From Gemmatimonadales bacterium (GTDB taxonomy: Bacteria; Gemmatimonadota; Gemmatimonadetes; Gemmatimonadales; GWC2-71-9), in assembly GCA_965249575.1 (NCBI GenBank), contig OZ252244.1:384001-448000 (forward strand): a DNA stretch of 64,000 bases, in the 5' to 3' direction. The position numbers were made by a program, and so were the translations under genes. Shown here one piece after another: positions 42,810-55,712 of the stretch (positions are counted from its first letter, which is position 1; every line of letters starts with the position of its first letter). The notes under the pieces were generated by a model. The model was not told the DNA's origin. It saw only the letters and a list, made by a program, of their open reading frames with translations, and did not search any database.

Positions 42810-43327
42810 GAGAGATGGTCCGCAATGGGCGGAGGCCGGTTCCGCCCCCTTTTAGTCGGCACAAGGGATACACCCGGGAGGGTGGTATTGTCGCCCCGAT
42901 GGTGGTCTCGGGCGTGCGTGTATCTGCACGCAGTGCTATCGATCGGTCGTACGTAACGGTCATGGACCTCGCGCCCACGTTCCTCGAGTTGGCCAGTGCC
43001 GAGTACCCCGCCGACGGATCCGTATGGCCGATGCTCGGCGAGAGCATGCTCCCATTGCTCTCTGGAACGGCCACTTCCGTTCATGCAGAAGACTACATCA
43101 CCACCTTGTACCATGAAGGACGGGCCTTCATCCGACAGGGCAAGTGGAAGCTCGTGAACCTAGAGCCTCCCTTCGCCGAGTCCGAGTTTGAGCTCTACGA
43201 CCTCGAAGCCGACCCGGGAGAAACCACGAATCTGGCGGAGGTCGAGCCGCAGCGATTTCTGATGATGGTCGAGTTGTGGCGAGAGAAGCGTCGCGAGCTT
43301 GGGATCGTTCTGCCCAGCGACTTGTAG
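42810..43327 (+). pseudogene. C-terminal fragment of an arylsulfatase
   Basis: GPQWAEAG.APF, then shifted HKG.T.EGGI.AP, MDLAPTFLE, R.GKWKL, ELYDL..DPGET.NLA. Confidence 0.8.
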
Positions 43328-43349
43328 CGGACGGTCCAGACACGTTGAG

Positions 43350-43534
43350 CAATCGAACCGCTCGGCCCCGAGGACGGCGGCGAGCTCGGGACGGAGGACC
43401 TTGACCGCCACCTTCCGGTGATGTTTGAGATCTTCGGCGAGATAGACCGTGGCCATGCCGCCCGCCCCGAGTTCGCGCTCGATGCGGTAGCGGTCGGACA
43501 GAGCGGTTTTCAGGCGTTCGAGAAGATCGGCCAC
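43350..43534 (-). pseudogene. 5' fragment of a Ser/Thr protein kinase
   Basis: [41 protein letters not shown], then an abrupt end. Confidence 0.85.
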
Positions 43535-43971
43535 GCAGTATCCGATTTGGCGAAGTCGCTAAAGTAGAACCTCGGGAGGGCGTCAGCCAGACGTGATCTA
43601 CTATGCGCAGTCGTTGAGAGCGCTAACGCTCGGAGATAATTCACCTTCCGACTAACGACACCAATACCCGGGCGGACGGAGACCGCTTTCGGCCAGTTCG
43701 GCAGGAATCGGTGTCGCTTTCAAGTCCAGTCCTCGGCACTCGAATTACGGTTGTACCGGTGGACGAGTAAGCCGCCGTATGCGGGTTCCTCATCGGCTGT
43801 ATTCGTGACGTCACCGCGGTCCCAGCGTCGTGAGTGAAGCTTCCGATCGGCACTGTTGCTTCCAGTCTACCGGCAGCGGATCCTAGAAGCATCCCCAGCT
43901 TCGACGTATGTTGGGGATCGGTCGAGCAACGGCGAATCGCGGGAGGATCGGGTGAACCCGAGGTTGGCGGT

Positions 43972-45114
43972 GTGAAGAGTTGGCTGCTGGTCTTATCAAT
44001 TGGGATCATTCCGACTGCTCGAGCCCAAGAGCTCCCGGGCCGGCAGATCGCACCAGAAGCGGCCGTCTTTGAAGCTGTACGAAGCGGTGTCCTACGCATC
44101 GACGCCGGTCTTCGGCATGGCACCGCCTTCCTTGTCGACACCCTCGGTGGCGTGCTCGTTACTACCGATCACGTGATTGGTGACGGCAGAGATCTCAGCA
44201 TCAAGGTCGATTCGGCCACGCGCGTCCCAGTGCAAATCGTGGGGCGAGACCGTGATGCGGATCTCGCAATTCTGCGGATCGATCTTTCAACCTGTCAGCA
44301 CTGCAGCAGGCTCTCATTGGCAACGCATGCCACTGAGGACGTACCGCTCGCGCATCCCGGGGAGCGGGTGATGGCCTTAGGATATCCGCTGAGCCAGGGT
44401 TTGGTTCTCACGACTGGGATAGTCAGCAGCATCCGGCGCGGCGTCGTTATCTCTGACATCAACACAAACCCAGGCAACTCCGGCGGGCCGTTGGTCAACA
44501 TGGCCGGTGAGGTGATCGGCATCAATACGTTTGCTGACCAATCGCCTCGGATCGGTCCCGGCATATCGGGAGCGTTGGTCGTGGGAGAGCTGTCCTCCCT
44601 CATCGCTCGTGCAGAAATGACCATTGGCGACCTGCCCACGCCGCCAGCAGGCCGACTGCCAGTCATGCCCGCTATGAATTACCCCGTCGACGTACTCCGC
44701 AGCGTTGCTGACACCCTCCCCCTTGAAGTATACGACAGGTCCATAGGTATCAGATTGGGGATGTTCAACGTCACGGTGATCACGCCGCTGATGCAATTTG
44801 CCTTCATAAGATCCGCGACCGAGCGGCAGTCGCGAGGTCGTCGCGCTCGAGAGGAACGCGCCGGTGTGCCAAAGAGTGGCCGCTACCGGTCCCAGGGTTA
44901 CCGTGACTGGAACCAATATGTTGGAGATGAGACCGCCCCCGTAATCGGGATAAGCGTAGAGGCGCGGCTGGCGGGACAGATTACGGGAGATGTGCAGGGC
45001 GACGTGGAAGAGGTTCAGATCTTCCGAGCCGGTCGTCTCGTATATCCTGTCCGAGGAGGGAGGTCGGCTGAACGCATTGGGGAGGATGTGATTTACGGCA
45101 GCACGCATCCGTGA
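43972..45114 (+). CDS. secreted trypsin-like (S1C) serine protease
   Basis: signal peptide ARA/Q; triad motifs TTDHV, DLAILRI and NPGNSGGPL. Confidence 0.85.
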   Translation: MKSWLLVLSIGIIPTARAQELPGRQIAPEAAVFEAVRSGVLRIDAGLRHGTAFLVDTLGGVLVTTDHVIGDGRDLSIKVDSATRVPVQIVGRDRDADLAILRIDLSTCQHCSRLSLATHATEDVPLAHPGERVMALGYPLSQGLVLTTGIVSSIRRGVVISDINTNPGNSGGPLVNMAGEVIGINTFADQSPRIGPGISGALVVGELSSLIARAEMTIGDLPTPPAGRLPVMPAMNYPVDVLRSVADTLPLEVYDRSIGIRLGMFNVTVITPLMQFAFIRSATERQSRGRRAREERAGVPKSGRYRSQGYRDWNQYVGDETAPVIGISVEARLAGQITGDVQGDVEEVQIFRAGRLVYPVRGGRSAERIGEDVIYGSTHP

Positions 45115-45132
45115 CCAAGGAGGAGGAACCCC

Positions 45133-46296
45133 GTGACCGAAAGGGGAAGGCACAAACATCGAAGGGGCGTGTTCAGGCGGTCCAAGTCTCCATACTACTG
45201 GGCCGACTATGTAGATGCGGCTGGGCGACGCCATCGCCGCTCAACTGGCAAGGAGACACGCCGCGAGGCAGAGCAGGTCCGAGCCAAGTGGCTGGGCGAG
45301 AAACCAGGCGTGCTTGTGGACCCCGCATTCGAGGAATTAGTAGAGGATCTACGGGCGGACTACGACGCCCAAGACCAACGTTCGTGGAGAAGGGTCGAAC
45401 AGGCTCTGACGCACCTGCGGCTTGTCTTCGGCAACAGAAGGGCTAGTCGGATAACTGCACGCGCAGTGAGAGACTACCGAAATGCGCGTTGTGATGCGGG
45501 GGCTGCCAAGAGCACGGTGGCCTACGAGCTGGCAGTGCTCCAGAGGATGTTCAACCTCGGGAAGCGAAACGAGAAACTGGACACCATACCGACGTTTCCG
45601 GAGTTGCGGGTCAACAACGCTCGCGACGAGTACATCACCGAGGGTGAGTTCGCTGGACTCATGGTCGAGTTATCGACGCCGCTTCTGGGGTTCGTTGCTT
45701 TTCGGTATTGCACGGGCTGGTGCGACGGAGAGACGTTACGCCTGCGGTGGACGCAGATCGACTGGAAGAACGGCGAAGTCTTCGTTGAGCGAGGTGCAGC
45801 GTCAAAGAACTACGAACCGCGACGCTTCCCATTTCACAATTACCCCGAGCTGCGAGGGGTCCTCGAATCGCAACGAGCCTACACACAGGAGTGCGAGCGT
45901 CGCACGGGGCAGGAGATCGAGTTGGTGTTTCACCGAGAGGGCCAGCCGATCAGAACGTTCCGAAGGGCATGGGTAGGTGCCTGCAAGCGCGTCGGCGCGA
46001 TTGCTCGTGACGGGCGGCCGAAGCGCCCGCACGATCTGTGTCGGAGCGCCGCACGCCGAATGGAACAGGCCGGTATCCCGCGCAGCATCGCCAGGGCTTT
46101 ATTCGGGCGCCGTACCGAAAGCATCTTCACACGGTACGCCGTGGTGGACGCCGGTCGCGACCTAGCAGCCGGTACGGAACGCCTGGCTTCACTGGCGAAA
46201 AGGCACATTATAGGCACACCAGCGGCGGAATATCACAAATATGGCGCTCCCGCTGACACAGGAACGCCATACACCACAGCGAGTTATGAACAATAG
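45133..46296 (+). CDS. tyrosine recombinase/integrase, predicted catalytically inactive
   Basis: arm-binding N-terminus (YWADY.D..GRR.RRST), TGW.x..E..LRW, KN, HDL.R, S.F.RY; stop codon lies inside att. Confidence 0.9.
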   Translation: MTERGRHKHRRGVFRRSKSPYYWADYVDAAGRRHRRSTGKETRREAEQVRAKWLGEKPGVLVDPAFEELVEDLRADYDAQDQRSWRRVEQALTHLRLVFGNRRASRITARAVRDYRNARCDAGAAKSTVAYELAVLQRMFNLGKRNEKLDTIPTFPELRVNNARDEYITEGEFAGLMVELSTPLLGFVAFRYCTGWCDGETLRLRWTQIDWKNGEVFVERGAASKNYEPRRFPFHNYPELRGVLESQRAYTQECERRTGQEIELVFHREGQPIRTFRRAWVGACKRVGAIARDGRPKRPHDLCRSAARRMEQAGIPRSIARALFGRRTESIFTRYAVVDAGRDLAAGTERLASLAKRHIIGTPAAEYHKYGAPADTGTPYTTASYEQ

Positions 46297-46367
46297 CGGA
46301 GGAGGGACTCGAACCCCCGACACGCGGATTATGATTCCGCTGCTCTAACCAGCTGAGCTACTCCGCC
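46294..46367 (-). tRNA. tRNA-Met (anticodon CAT), CCA not encoded
   Basis: GGCGGAG acceptor stem, TAGCTCAG..GG D arm, GCGGA-ATCATAA-TCCGC anticodon arm, GGTTCGAGTCC T arm; elongator Met versus Ile2 not resolved. Confidence 0.95.
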
Positions 46368-46370
46368 GAA

Positions 46371-46500
46371 GAGGTTCCGGGTTCCAGGTTCCAGTGGCAC
46401 CGGTGTCACCGTTCGAATCCGGGTGCCACGCCTAACCCCCAATCCCCTGGCACATGGCACCTGGCCCCTGGAAAAAACTCTACCCCCTCAGTCCCCCACC
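46371..46500. repeat. intergenic heptamer tandem repeat tract
   Basis: AGGTTCC GGGTTCC AGGTTCC, then CCCCTGG CACATGG CACCTGG CCCCTGG. Confidence 0.7.
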
Positions 46501-46501
46501 A

Positions 46502-48802
<2,301 letters not shown>

Positions 48803-48810
48803 AAAGAGGC

Positions 48811-48921
48811 TTCAGGTCTCAGGTGTCGGGTGTCAGTGCTAACGGTGTCGGGTTCGACGTACGGCCGCCATGCCTGCCCCCGGGGATCTCCTGGCACCTC
48901 GCACCCGAAACCTGGCACCTA
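48811..48921. repeat. intergenic heptamer tandem repeat tract
   Basis: CAGGTCT CAGGTGT CGGGTGT CAGTGCT, then CACCTCG CACCCGA AACCTGG CACCTAG. Confidence 0.7.
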
Positions 48922-49881
48922 GGCAAAATGCCCAAACGTCCCCTCCACCTCGACCGGCTTCCCTTCCCTTTCCACTGAGACGCCGTCTCCCTCTATGACT
49001 CGGCCGATCTCGGTGAGTGGGATTCCAAATTGCGCGGCGAAGTCGTCTATCAGTTCCCCACCCTTCGACGTGTCGAGCGCCACGAGTAGCTCGTACTCCT
49101 CGCCACCGACCAGGGCGTCGAGCGGGTCGTCGCTGCCTGAGTGTACGGGCACACGGCCGGCATCGAGGACGAGGGCGACACCCGACGCCGCGGCGAGGTG
49201 GCCGGCGTCCCGGGCGAGACCGTCGCTGAGATCGATCATCGTTCGCGCTCCCTTGTCGCGGAGCCACTGGGCCTCCGCGATCCGTGGCGTGGGACGGACG
49301 AATCGCTCGCGCGCGGTTCGCTCCGGCTCTCGGCCTGCCTGCCAGGCCCTGAGCGCGGCGTGCGGGCCGCCGAGCGCGCCGGTGACCCAGAGGCCGTCGC
49401 CCAGCCGAGCGCCGCCGCGACCGATCGCGGCGCCCTCGCCCTGCAATCGTCCGAGCACCGCGACGTCCACGATCGTGCGCTCGCTCCGAACGAGGTCACC
49501 CCCCAACACTGTTGCGCCGACCGAGGCCGCGGCCTCTCCGGCGCCAGCCACTAGCTCGCTCACGTGCTCCTCCGGCCATTCTTCGGAGACGCCGAGGCTC
49601 ACCAGGATGCCGACCGGTGTCGCGGCGACCGCGGCCAGATCGGACAGCGCGCCGGCGGCCGCGCGCCAGCCGGCCTCGGCCGGGGAAATCCAGCCGAGCC
49701 GAAAGTGCACCCCCTCTACGGATAGATCGGTCGAGAGGGCGAGCCGCTCCCCGCCCACGGTGACGATCGCGCAGTCCTCACCGCCCGCGGCGCCCCGGTC
49801 GCCCAAGCGGCGCCAGATGCCGCGAATGCGGTCGAACTCACCGCCCGCACCGAGTGGCGTGTGGCTCACTCGACCGGTCAC
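48919..49881 (-). CDS. thiL: thiamine-monophosphate kinase
   Basis: GEDCA, TD..VEGVHF, LSDLAA, GGD, IDLSDGL..D, GGEEYEL. Confidence 0.92.
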   Translation of the reverse strand: MTGRVSHTPLGAGGEFDRIRGIWRRLGDRGAAGGEDCAIVTVGGERLALSTDLSVEGVHFRLGWISPAEAGWRAAAGALSDLAAVAATPVGILVSLGVSEEWPEEHVSELVAGAGEAAASVGATVLGGDLVRSERTIVDVAVLGRLQGEGAAIGRGGARLGDGLWVTGALGGPHAALRAWQAGREPERTARERFVRPTPRIAEAQWLRDKGARTMIDLSDGLARDAGHLAAASGVALVLDAGRVPVHSGSDDPLDALVGGEEYELLVALDTSKGGELIDDFAAQFGIPLTEIGRVIEGDGVSVEREGKPVEVEGTFGHFA

Positions 49882-51455
49882 GGGCTGAGCGCGGAACGCG
49901 AGAAACGCACGAGTCCGCGATCGGTGCCGACCCAGACGAACCGTTTGGTTGCGGCCAGGTCCCGCACCGGACCCGGAAGGTCGCCCGCAGCGTTGAAGGC
50001 CCGGAAATCCCTCGTGGCAAACCGGTAGAAGCCGAACCCCCGCTCGCCGCCCACCCAGACGCCCTCGTCGTCGGCCTCGAGCACCGACACGTAACCGACC
50101 GCCTGCGCGGCGAGCCGGTCTTCGGTCCAGATGCCGTCCGGGTCACGCCACGCGAGGTGCTGCGGCCCGGCGACGACCAGCGTCCCCTCCCGATGGGCGG
50201 TCGCGACGATAGTCCCGCGCAGGAACGGCAGCGAGTGATACTTGGACGGCACGATGAGCGTCATCGACCGCGCCGTGGCAACGCCCAGACCGGCATCGGT
50301 ACCGACCCACACGGTGTCCCCGGCGGCTGCCAGCGCGAGGACCGGCGCGCCCCGGCCGCCGTCCACTTGCTGGACGGCCCCTTCGCCATCGACGAGCGCG
50401 AGACCGCGCAGCGTCCCAACCCACACGCCATACGGGCTCGGGGCAAGCCGGGTGGCCTGGCGGTCGGGCAGTCCCTCGCGGGTGCCCAGGACGCGCCCCG
50501 CCGAGCCGCGCTCGACCAGCACGACGCCGGCGTCGGTCGCCGCCCAGAGCACGTCATCGATCAGCACCAGATCCACAACTTGCCGAAAGCGGAAGCCCGC
50601 GATTCGCCCGCCCTCTTCGTACTCGAAGTCCTGTAAGTCCTCGGTCACGTGGGTGAAGCCCACCCGGTACGACCTGCCTCCGGTCCCGACCCACACGCCG
50701 TCGGGCCCCGCGACGACCGCGCTGACCGCGTCGGCGAGCAAGCCAAACGGGTGGCGCTCGAATCGGGTGGTGAGGGGATCGACCTGGATGAGACCCAGCC
50801 CGTTGGTACCGAAGTAGACATCCTCCGTTTCGGCGACCGTGGCGGCACTGGTGTACTGATACGTCCTGAGCCGGTCGTCGGTGAGCACGTTCGCGCTCAA
50901 CGTCTCGGCGAACGGGACGCTCCCGATCACAACGCGGAGCCGTTGCGCGGCGACCCTGCGGCCTGGCGCCGGTACCTCGAACGCCGGCGTGGGTATGAGC
51001 GCCCCGCGGGCGAGAAACATCCACTGCCTTCCATCGGACAGGTACACCCCGCCGCCGGGATCGCGCTGGTCCAGCATGAGGTCGCGCACGCCGCCCGGGA
51101 CCCCCACGACCTCGAGGTAATCGAGCACCGGCCGGTAGTGCACCACCCCGGCGTCGCCCGCAATCCACACCGAGCCATCGATGGGGTCGGCGAGCGCGGC
51201 GTGCACTCGCTGGACCGGATATCCATCGAGCGGCGTGACCGGCGGCTCCCATCGCTCGAACCGGCGGTCGAACACGGTGAGCCCTCCCCGGGTGGCCGCG
51301 AACACGGCCGTGCGGGACGCCGCGACGGCCTCGACCCAGCCGAAGTCCGCCAACACCACCCGCTCGTCGGGCCGCCAACCGCGGGCGCCGCGCTGTCCCC
51401 AGGAGTCGGTCCCGCCGGCAAGCGCGGCGAGGAGAGCGAGCGCGCCGATTCTCAT
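49878..51455 (-). CDS. secreted beta-propeller hypothetical protein
   Basis: signal peptide and repeated VWVGT..G blades; translationally coupled to nnr and thiL. Confidence 0.75.
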   Translation of the reverse strand: MRIGALALLAALAGGTDSWGQRGARGWRPDERVVLADFGWVEAVAASRTAVFAATRGGLTVFDRRFERWEPPVTPLDGYPVQRVHAALADPIDGSVWIAGDAGVVHYRPVLDYLEVVGVPGGVRDLMLDQRDPGGGVYLSDGRQWMFLARGALIPTPAFEVPAPGRRVAAQRLRVVIGSVPFAETLSANVLTDDRLRTYQYTSAATVAETEDVYFGTNGLGLIQVDPLTTRFERHPFGLLADAVSAVVAGPDGVWVGTGGRSYRVGFTHVTEDLQDFEYEEGGRIAGFRFRQVVDLVLIDDVLWAATDAGVVLVERGSAGRVLGTREGLPDRQATRLAPSPYGVWVGTLRGLALVDGEGAVQQVDGGRGAPVLALAAAGDTVWVGTDAGLGVATARSMTLIVPSKYHSLPFLRGTIVATAHREGTLVVAGPQHLAWRDPDGIWTEDRLAAQAVGYVSVLEADDEGVWVGGERGFGFYRFATRDFRAFNAAGDLPGPVRDLAATKRFVWVGTDRGLVRFSRSALSP

Positions 51456-52987
51456 CACGCGAGCGCGGGGGGTGCCAGGTCGAGCAGGATCGGCGGCACG
51501 AGTATTGGAGGCTCCGCCAGCGCGCGCCACAGATCGGGGAGGCTTTCGAGCACGTCGGCCGGCCGGGTCGACCGCACCCCGTGGAGGGCGGCGGCCAGCT
51601 CCGCGCTCCTGCCCATCACCTGGGCGCCGAGTGCCGCGGCGTCTTGCGGTGCGAGCCCGCGTGCCAGGAACGCCGCGATGAACCCCGCGAGCACGTCCCC
51701 GGTCCCGCCGGTCGCGAGCGCCGGGTTGCCGGCGGCGACCACGAGGCTCGCCCTTCCGGGCGCGGCGATCACGGTCGGCACACCCTTGAGCAGCACGGTC
51801 GCGCCGGAGGCATTGGCTCCGGCCGCTGCGGCGGCGAATCGATCGTCGTCGACCTGTTGCGAGAGGTCGGGGAAGGCCGAACGGAACTCACCCACGTGGG
51901 GCGTGAGCACCCGCGGGCGACGCGTGGCTGGCCCACTCGGTATGGCATGCAGCGCGTCCGCGTCGACGACGATCGGCTTTTCGGTCTCTAGCAACGCCTT
52001 CACGAACGGACCGCGGTCCGGGTGGCGCCCGAGCCCGGGCCCGACGGCAATCGCGTCGGCCCACTCGAGGGCCTCCGCGAGCCCGGGGTCGACGTCGGGC
52101 CCCAGGCTCGTGGGAACCGTGAGAGCATCCGGTAGGCTCGCCTGCGCGGCGCGAACGGTCGCCTCGGTCGCGGCGATCTTGGCGAGCCCCGCACCGGCCT
52201 CGAGCGCGGCCCGCGCGGCGTGAATCGCCGCTCCCGCCATCCCGTGATCGCCACCCACCACCAGCACCCGCCCCCTGTCGCCCTTGTGCATGTCCGCCCG
52301 AAACCCCGGCAGCCGTTCGCCAGCCCAGCGATCATCCACGACAGACGGCCAGTCCCGATCGGCCTCGGGGAACCCGATATCAATGGCCACCAATCGGCCG
52401 CACCGGTCGCGGGCCAGCAGGTGCCCTCGCCTCAAGCCCCCGAACGTGACGGTCAACGCTGCCCGCACCGGCCCATGAACCTCGCCGGTCGATAGGTCGA
52501 GACCGGTCGGTCCGTCAACGGCGGCGATCGGCGATCCGTGCGCGGCCAGCCCCTCCGCCAGGTCACCGACCTTGCCCCTGAGCAGTCCCGACGCCCCGGT
52601 GCCGAGCAGCCCGTCGATGAGGACTCCCGCCCGCGGCCACTGTGCCGCTGAATTCATCAGCTCCACGCCCTCGTCCAGCGCCAGTTGGCGATTGGACTCG
52701 CAATCGGGCGACCGCTTGGATCCGGTTTCCACCGCCCATACCCGCGTGCCCATTGCCCGGAGCGCCCGGGCGATGACCCAGCCGTCGCCCCCATTGTTGC
52801 CGTGACCGGCGGCGACCAGGACACCTTCGCTACTTGCCAGCTTATCACCGAAATGCCGGGCCACGACCTGCGCCGCGCCGCGGCCCGCCGATTCCATGAG
52901 CACCCGGCTCGGTACCTTGGCGACTTCCCGGGCGCGGCGGTCCCAGGCCGCGGCCTGTGCGGCGTCTATGACTGGCAACAGTGACAT
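51455..52987 (-). CDS. nnr: bifunctional NAD(P)HX epimerase/dehydratase
   Basis: LMESAG, GNNGGDG, HKGDRG, GPGLG, DADAL, TPH.GE, GGTGDVL. Confidence 0.92.
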   Translation of the reverse strand: MSLLPVIDAAQAAAWDRRAREVAKVPSRVLMESAGRGAAQVVARHFGDKLASSEGVLVAAGHGNNGGDGWVIARALRAMGTRVWAVETGSKRSPDCESNRQLALDEGVELMNSAAQWPRAGVLIDGLLGTGASGLLRGKVGDLAEGLAAHGSPIAAVDGPTGLDLSTGEVHGPVRAALTVTFGGLRRGHLLARDRCGRLVAIDIGFPEADRDWPSVVDDRWAGERLPGFRADMHKGDRGRVLVVGGDHGMAGAAIHAARAALEAGAGLAKIAATEATVRAAQASLPDALTVPTSLGPDVDPGLAEALEWADAIAVGPGLGRHPDRGPFVKALLETEKPIVVDADALHAIPSGPATRRPRVLTPHVGEFRSAFPDLSQQVDDDRFAAAAAGANASGATVLLKGVPTVIAAPGRASLVVAAGNPALATGGTGDVLAGFIAAFLARGLAPQDAAALGAQVMGRSAELAAALHGVRSTRPADVLESLPDLWRALAEPPILVPPILLDLAPPALA

Positions 52988-53082
52988 GGAATCAAGTATA
53001 CGAGGAGCGGAGCGGGGGGGCCCGCGCGTCTTAAACGTCGCGGGGGCCGGCCCCGCATTCTACGTCATGCCCGATCGGGGCC

Positions 53083-53277
53083 CTACTTGAAGCTCTGCCC
53101 GATCGCTCGACCGAGCGAGATCTCGCCGTTATCGATTCTGAGATTGAAGCCGCAATCGGGGTTCGTGCAGACCCAGGCCTTGTAGGTGATGGGCGCCCCG
53201 TCACGCCCGTAGTCGGAGAGTGGAATCAGCAGCCCGTTGGTACACTTCTGACACCCTGGCCATCCCTTCTCCTCCAT
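53083..53277 (-). CDS. small zinc-ribbon-like hypothetical protein
   Basis: CQKC..LIPLSDYG....I.YKAWVCTNPDC; in the same strand run as its neighbours. Confidence 0.7.
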   Translation of the reverse strand: MEEKGWPGCQKCTNGLLIPLSDYGRDGAPITYKAWVCTNPDCGFNLRIDNGEISLGRAIGQSFK

Positions 53278-53332
53278 GGTGCACCCCCAGTCTCCAACGC
53301 CGCCGGTTAGGGAAGGGCTCTGGCCCGACCCG

Positions 53333-53731
53333 CTACGGGGCTTCTACGGAGCGTCGCATCCCCGCCCACGGGTAATCACCGTCAAACGCGTTGGCAAAGT
53401 CGTAAACGGACACGAAGTCGTCAAGCTGATCGTCGGGCTGCCGCACGAGCAGGCCGATCTCGATCAACACGAATACGATGCGCCCGATGTCTTCCGTTCC
53501 CGAAACGCCCCAGTGCGACAGGACGGTTCGCGCGGTGAGGCCGAATCGCTCCACGGCGAAGTCCCGGCACGCCCAGGCCAGTTCCGCGCCCGAAATGTGG
53601 CGCCGCTCCGGCAACTGCTGCTGGCGGAATTCCAGGGCCGCGAGCACGAACAGGTATGCCCGCTCGTGGTACCGGCCATCCAGGGCCCGGATCCTGTCCA
53701 GGACCTCGTCTGAAAACCGAAGCTCGTTCAC
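53333..53731 (-). CDS. Minf_1886 family protein
   Basis: RY...AY.FV..AL, RHISG.EL, FG..A..VL..WG...TED.G.IVF.L. Confidence 0.8.
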   Translation of the reverse strand: MNELRFSDEVLDRIRALDGRYHERAYLFVLAALEFRQQQLPERRHISGAELAWACRDFAVERFGLTARTVLSHWGVSGTEDIGRIVFVLIEIGLLVRQPDDQLDDFVSVYDFANAFDGDYPWAGMRRSVEAP

Positions 53732-53791
53732 GGCTACAAAGGTGGGATTCCGGCGCTCAAGGAGCAAGAGGGAGACCGCCGGCCCAGAGGC

Positions 53792-55056
<1,265 letters not shown>

Positions 55057-55060
<4 letters not shown>

Positions 55061-55497
55061 GTCTCCCTCTCGATTTTCTCGACTCGCCTCGTGTGGCGAC
55101 CGCCTTCGAACGGGGCGTCCAACCACCGCCTGAGAATCTCTACCCCAAAGTCGGCCTCGATGAACCGCGCCGGGAGTATCAGCACGTTCGCGTCGTTGTG
55201 CCGCCGCGCCAGCTCCGCGATCTCCGGCTATCAAGCGAGTGCCGCCCTCACACCCGGAAACCGATTGGCGGTGTAAGACATCCCGAGCCCGGTTCCGCAC
55301 ATCAGGATGCCGCGGCGCGCCGCACCGGAGCTCACCTCGTGGGCTACCGGTTTCGCGTAATCCGAGAAGTCCGTCGACTCATCCGAATGCGTGCCGAGAT
55401 CGTCCGGCTGAAAGCCGAGCTTTTCCAGCTCGACCTTGATTCGCTCCTTCAGTCGGTAGCCCGCATGGTCCGACCCGATCGGAATACGTTCGCCCAT
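55057..55497 (-). pseudogene. rpiB: ribose-5-phosphate isomerase B interrupted by two adjacent stop codons
   Basis: GSDHAG and CGTGLG before TGA-TAG at 55228-55233; same frame resumes with HNDANVL and FEGGRH.RR and ends overlapping the glyA start. Confidence 0.88.
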
Positions 55498-55712
55498 GGC
55501 TCGCCTTCGGTCACGCCGCCGCCGCCCACGTCGCGCGGACGGCTCGGCTCGCCGCGTAAGTTTATTGCGGACTTGGGATTCGCGCCACCACATGTATGCT
55601 TTTTCGGGCGGGAGCGACTGCCCACCGCGCGCGGCACTGCCTGATTCAATTGCGCCTCCTACGACATTCCGGTAGTGTTTTCGGTCATCTCGGTCTCGGG
55701 CAGGGGGTTTCC

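Larger units (their letters stand above)
37869..46336. mobile_element. genomic island integrated at the tRNA-Met 3' end
   Basis: 46-bp direct repeats, tyrosine integrase next to the tRNA, cargo of mixed GC content and many gene fragments. Confidence 0.9.

Noticed and set aside
38884..46296. Prophage, based on the integrase and S74 tail-fibre chaperone domain
   Set aside because: No capsid, terminase, portal, replication or lysis genes; S74 domains also occur in cellular surface proteins.
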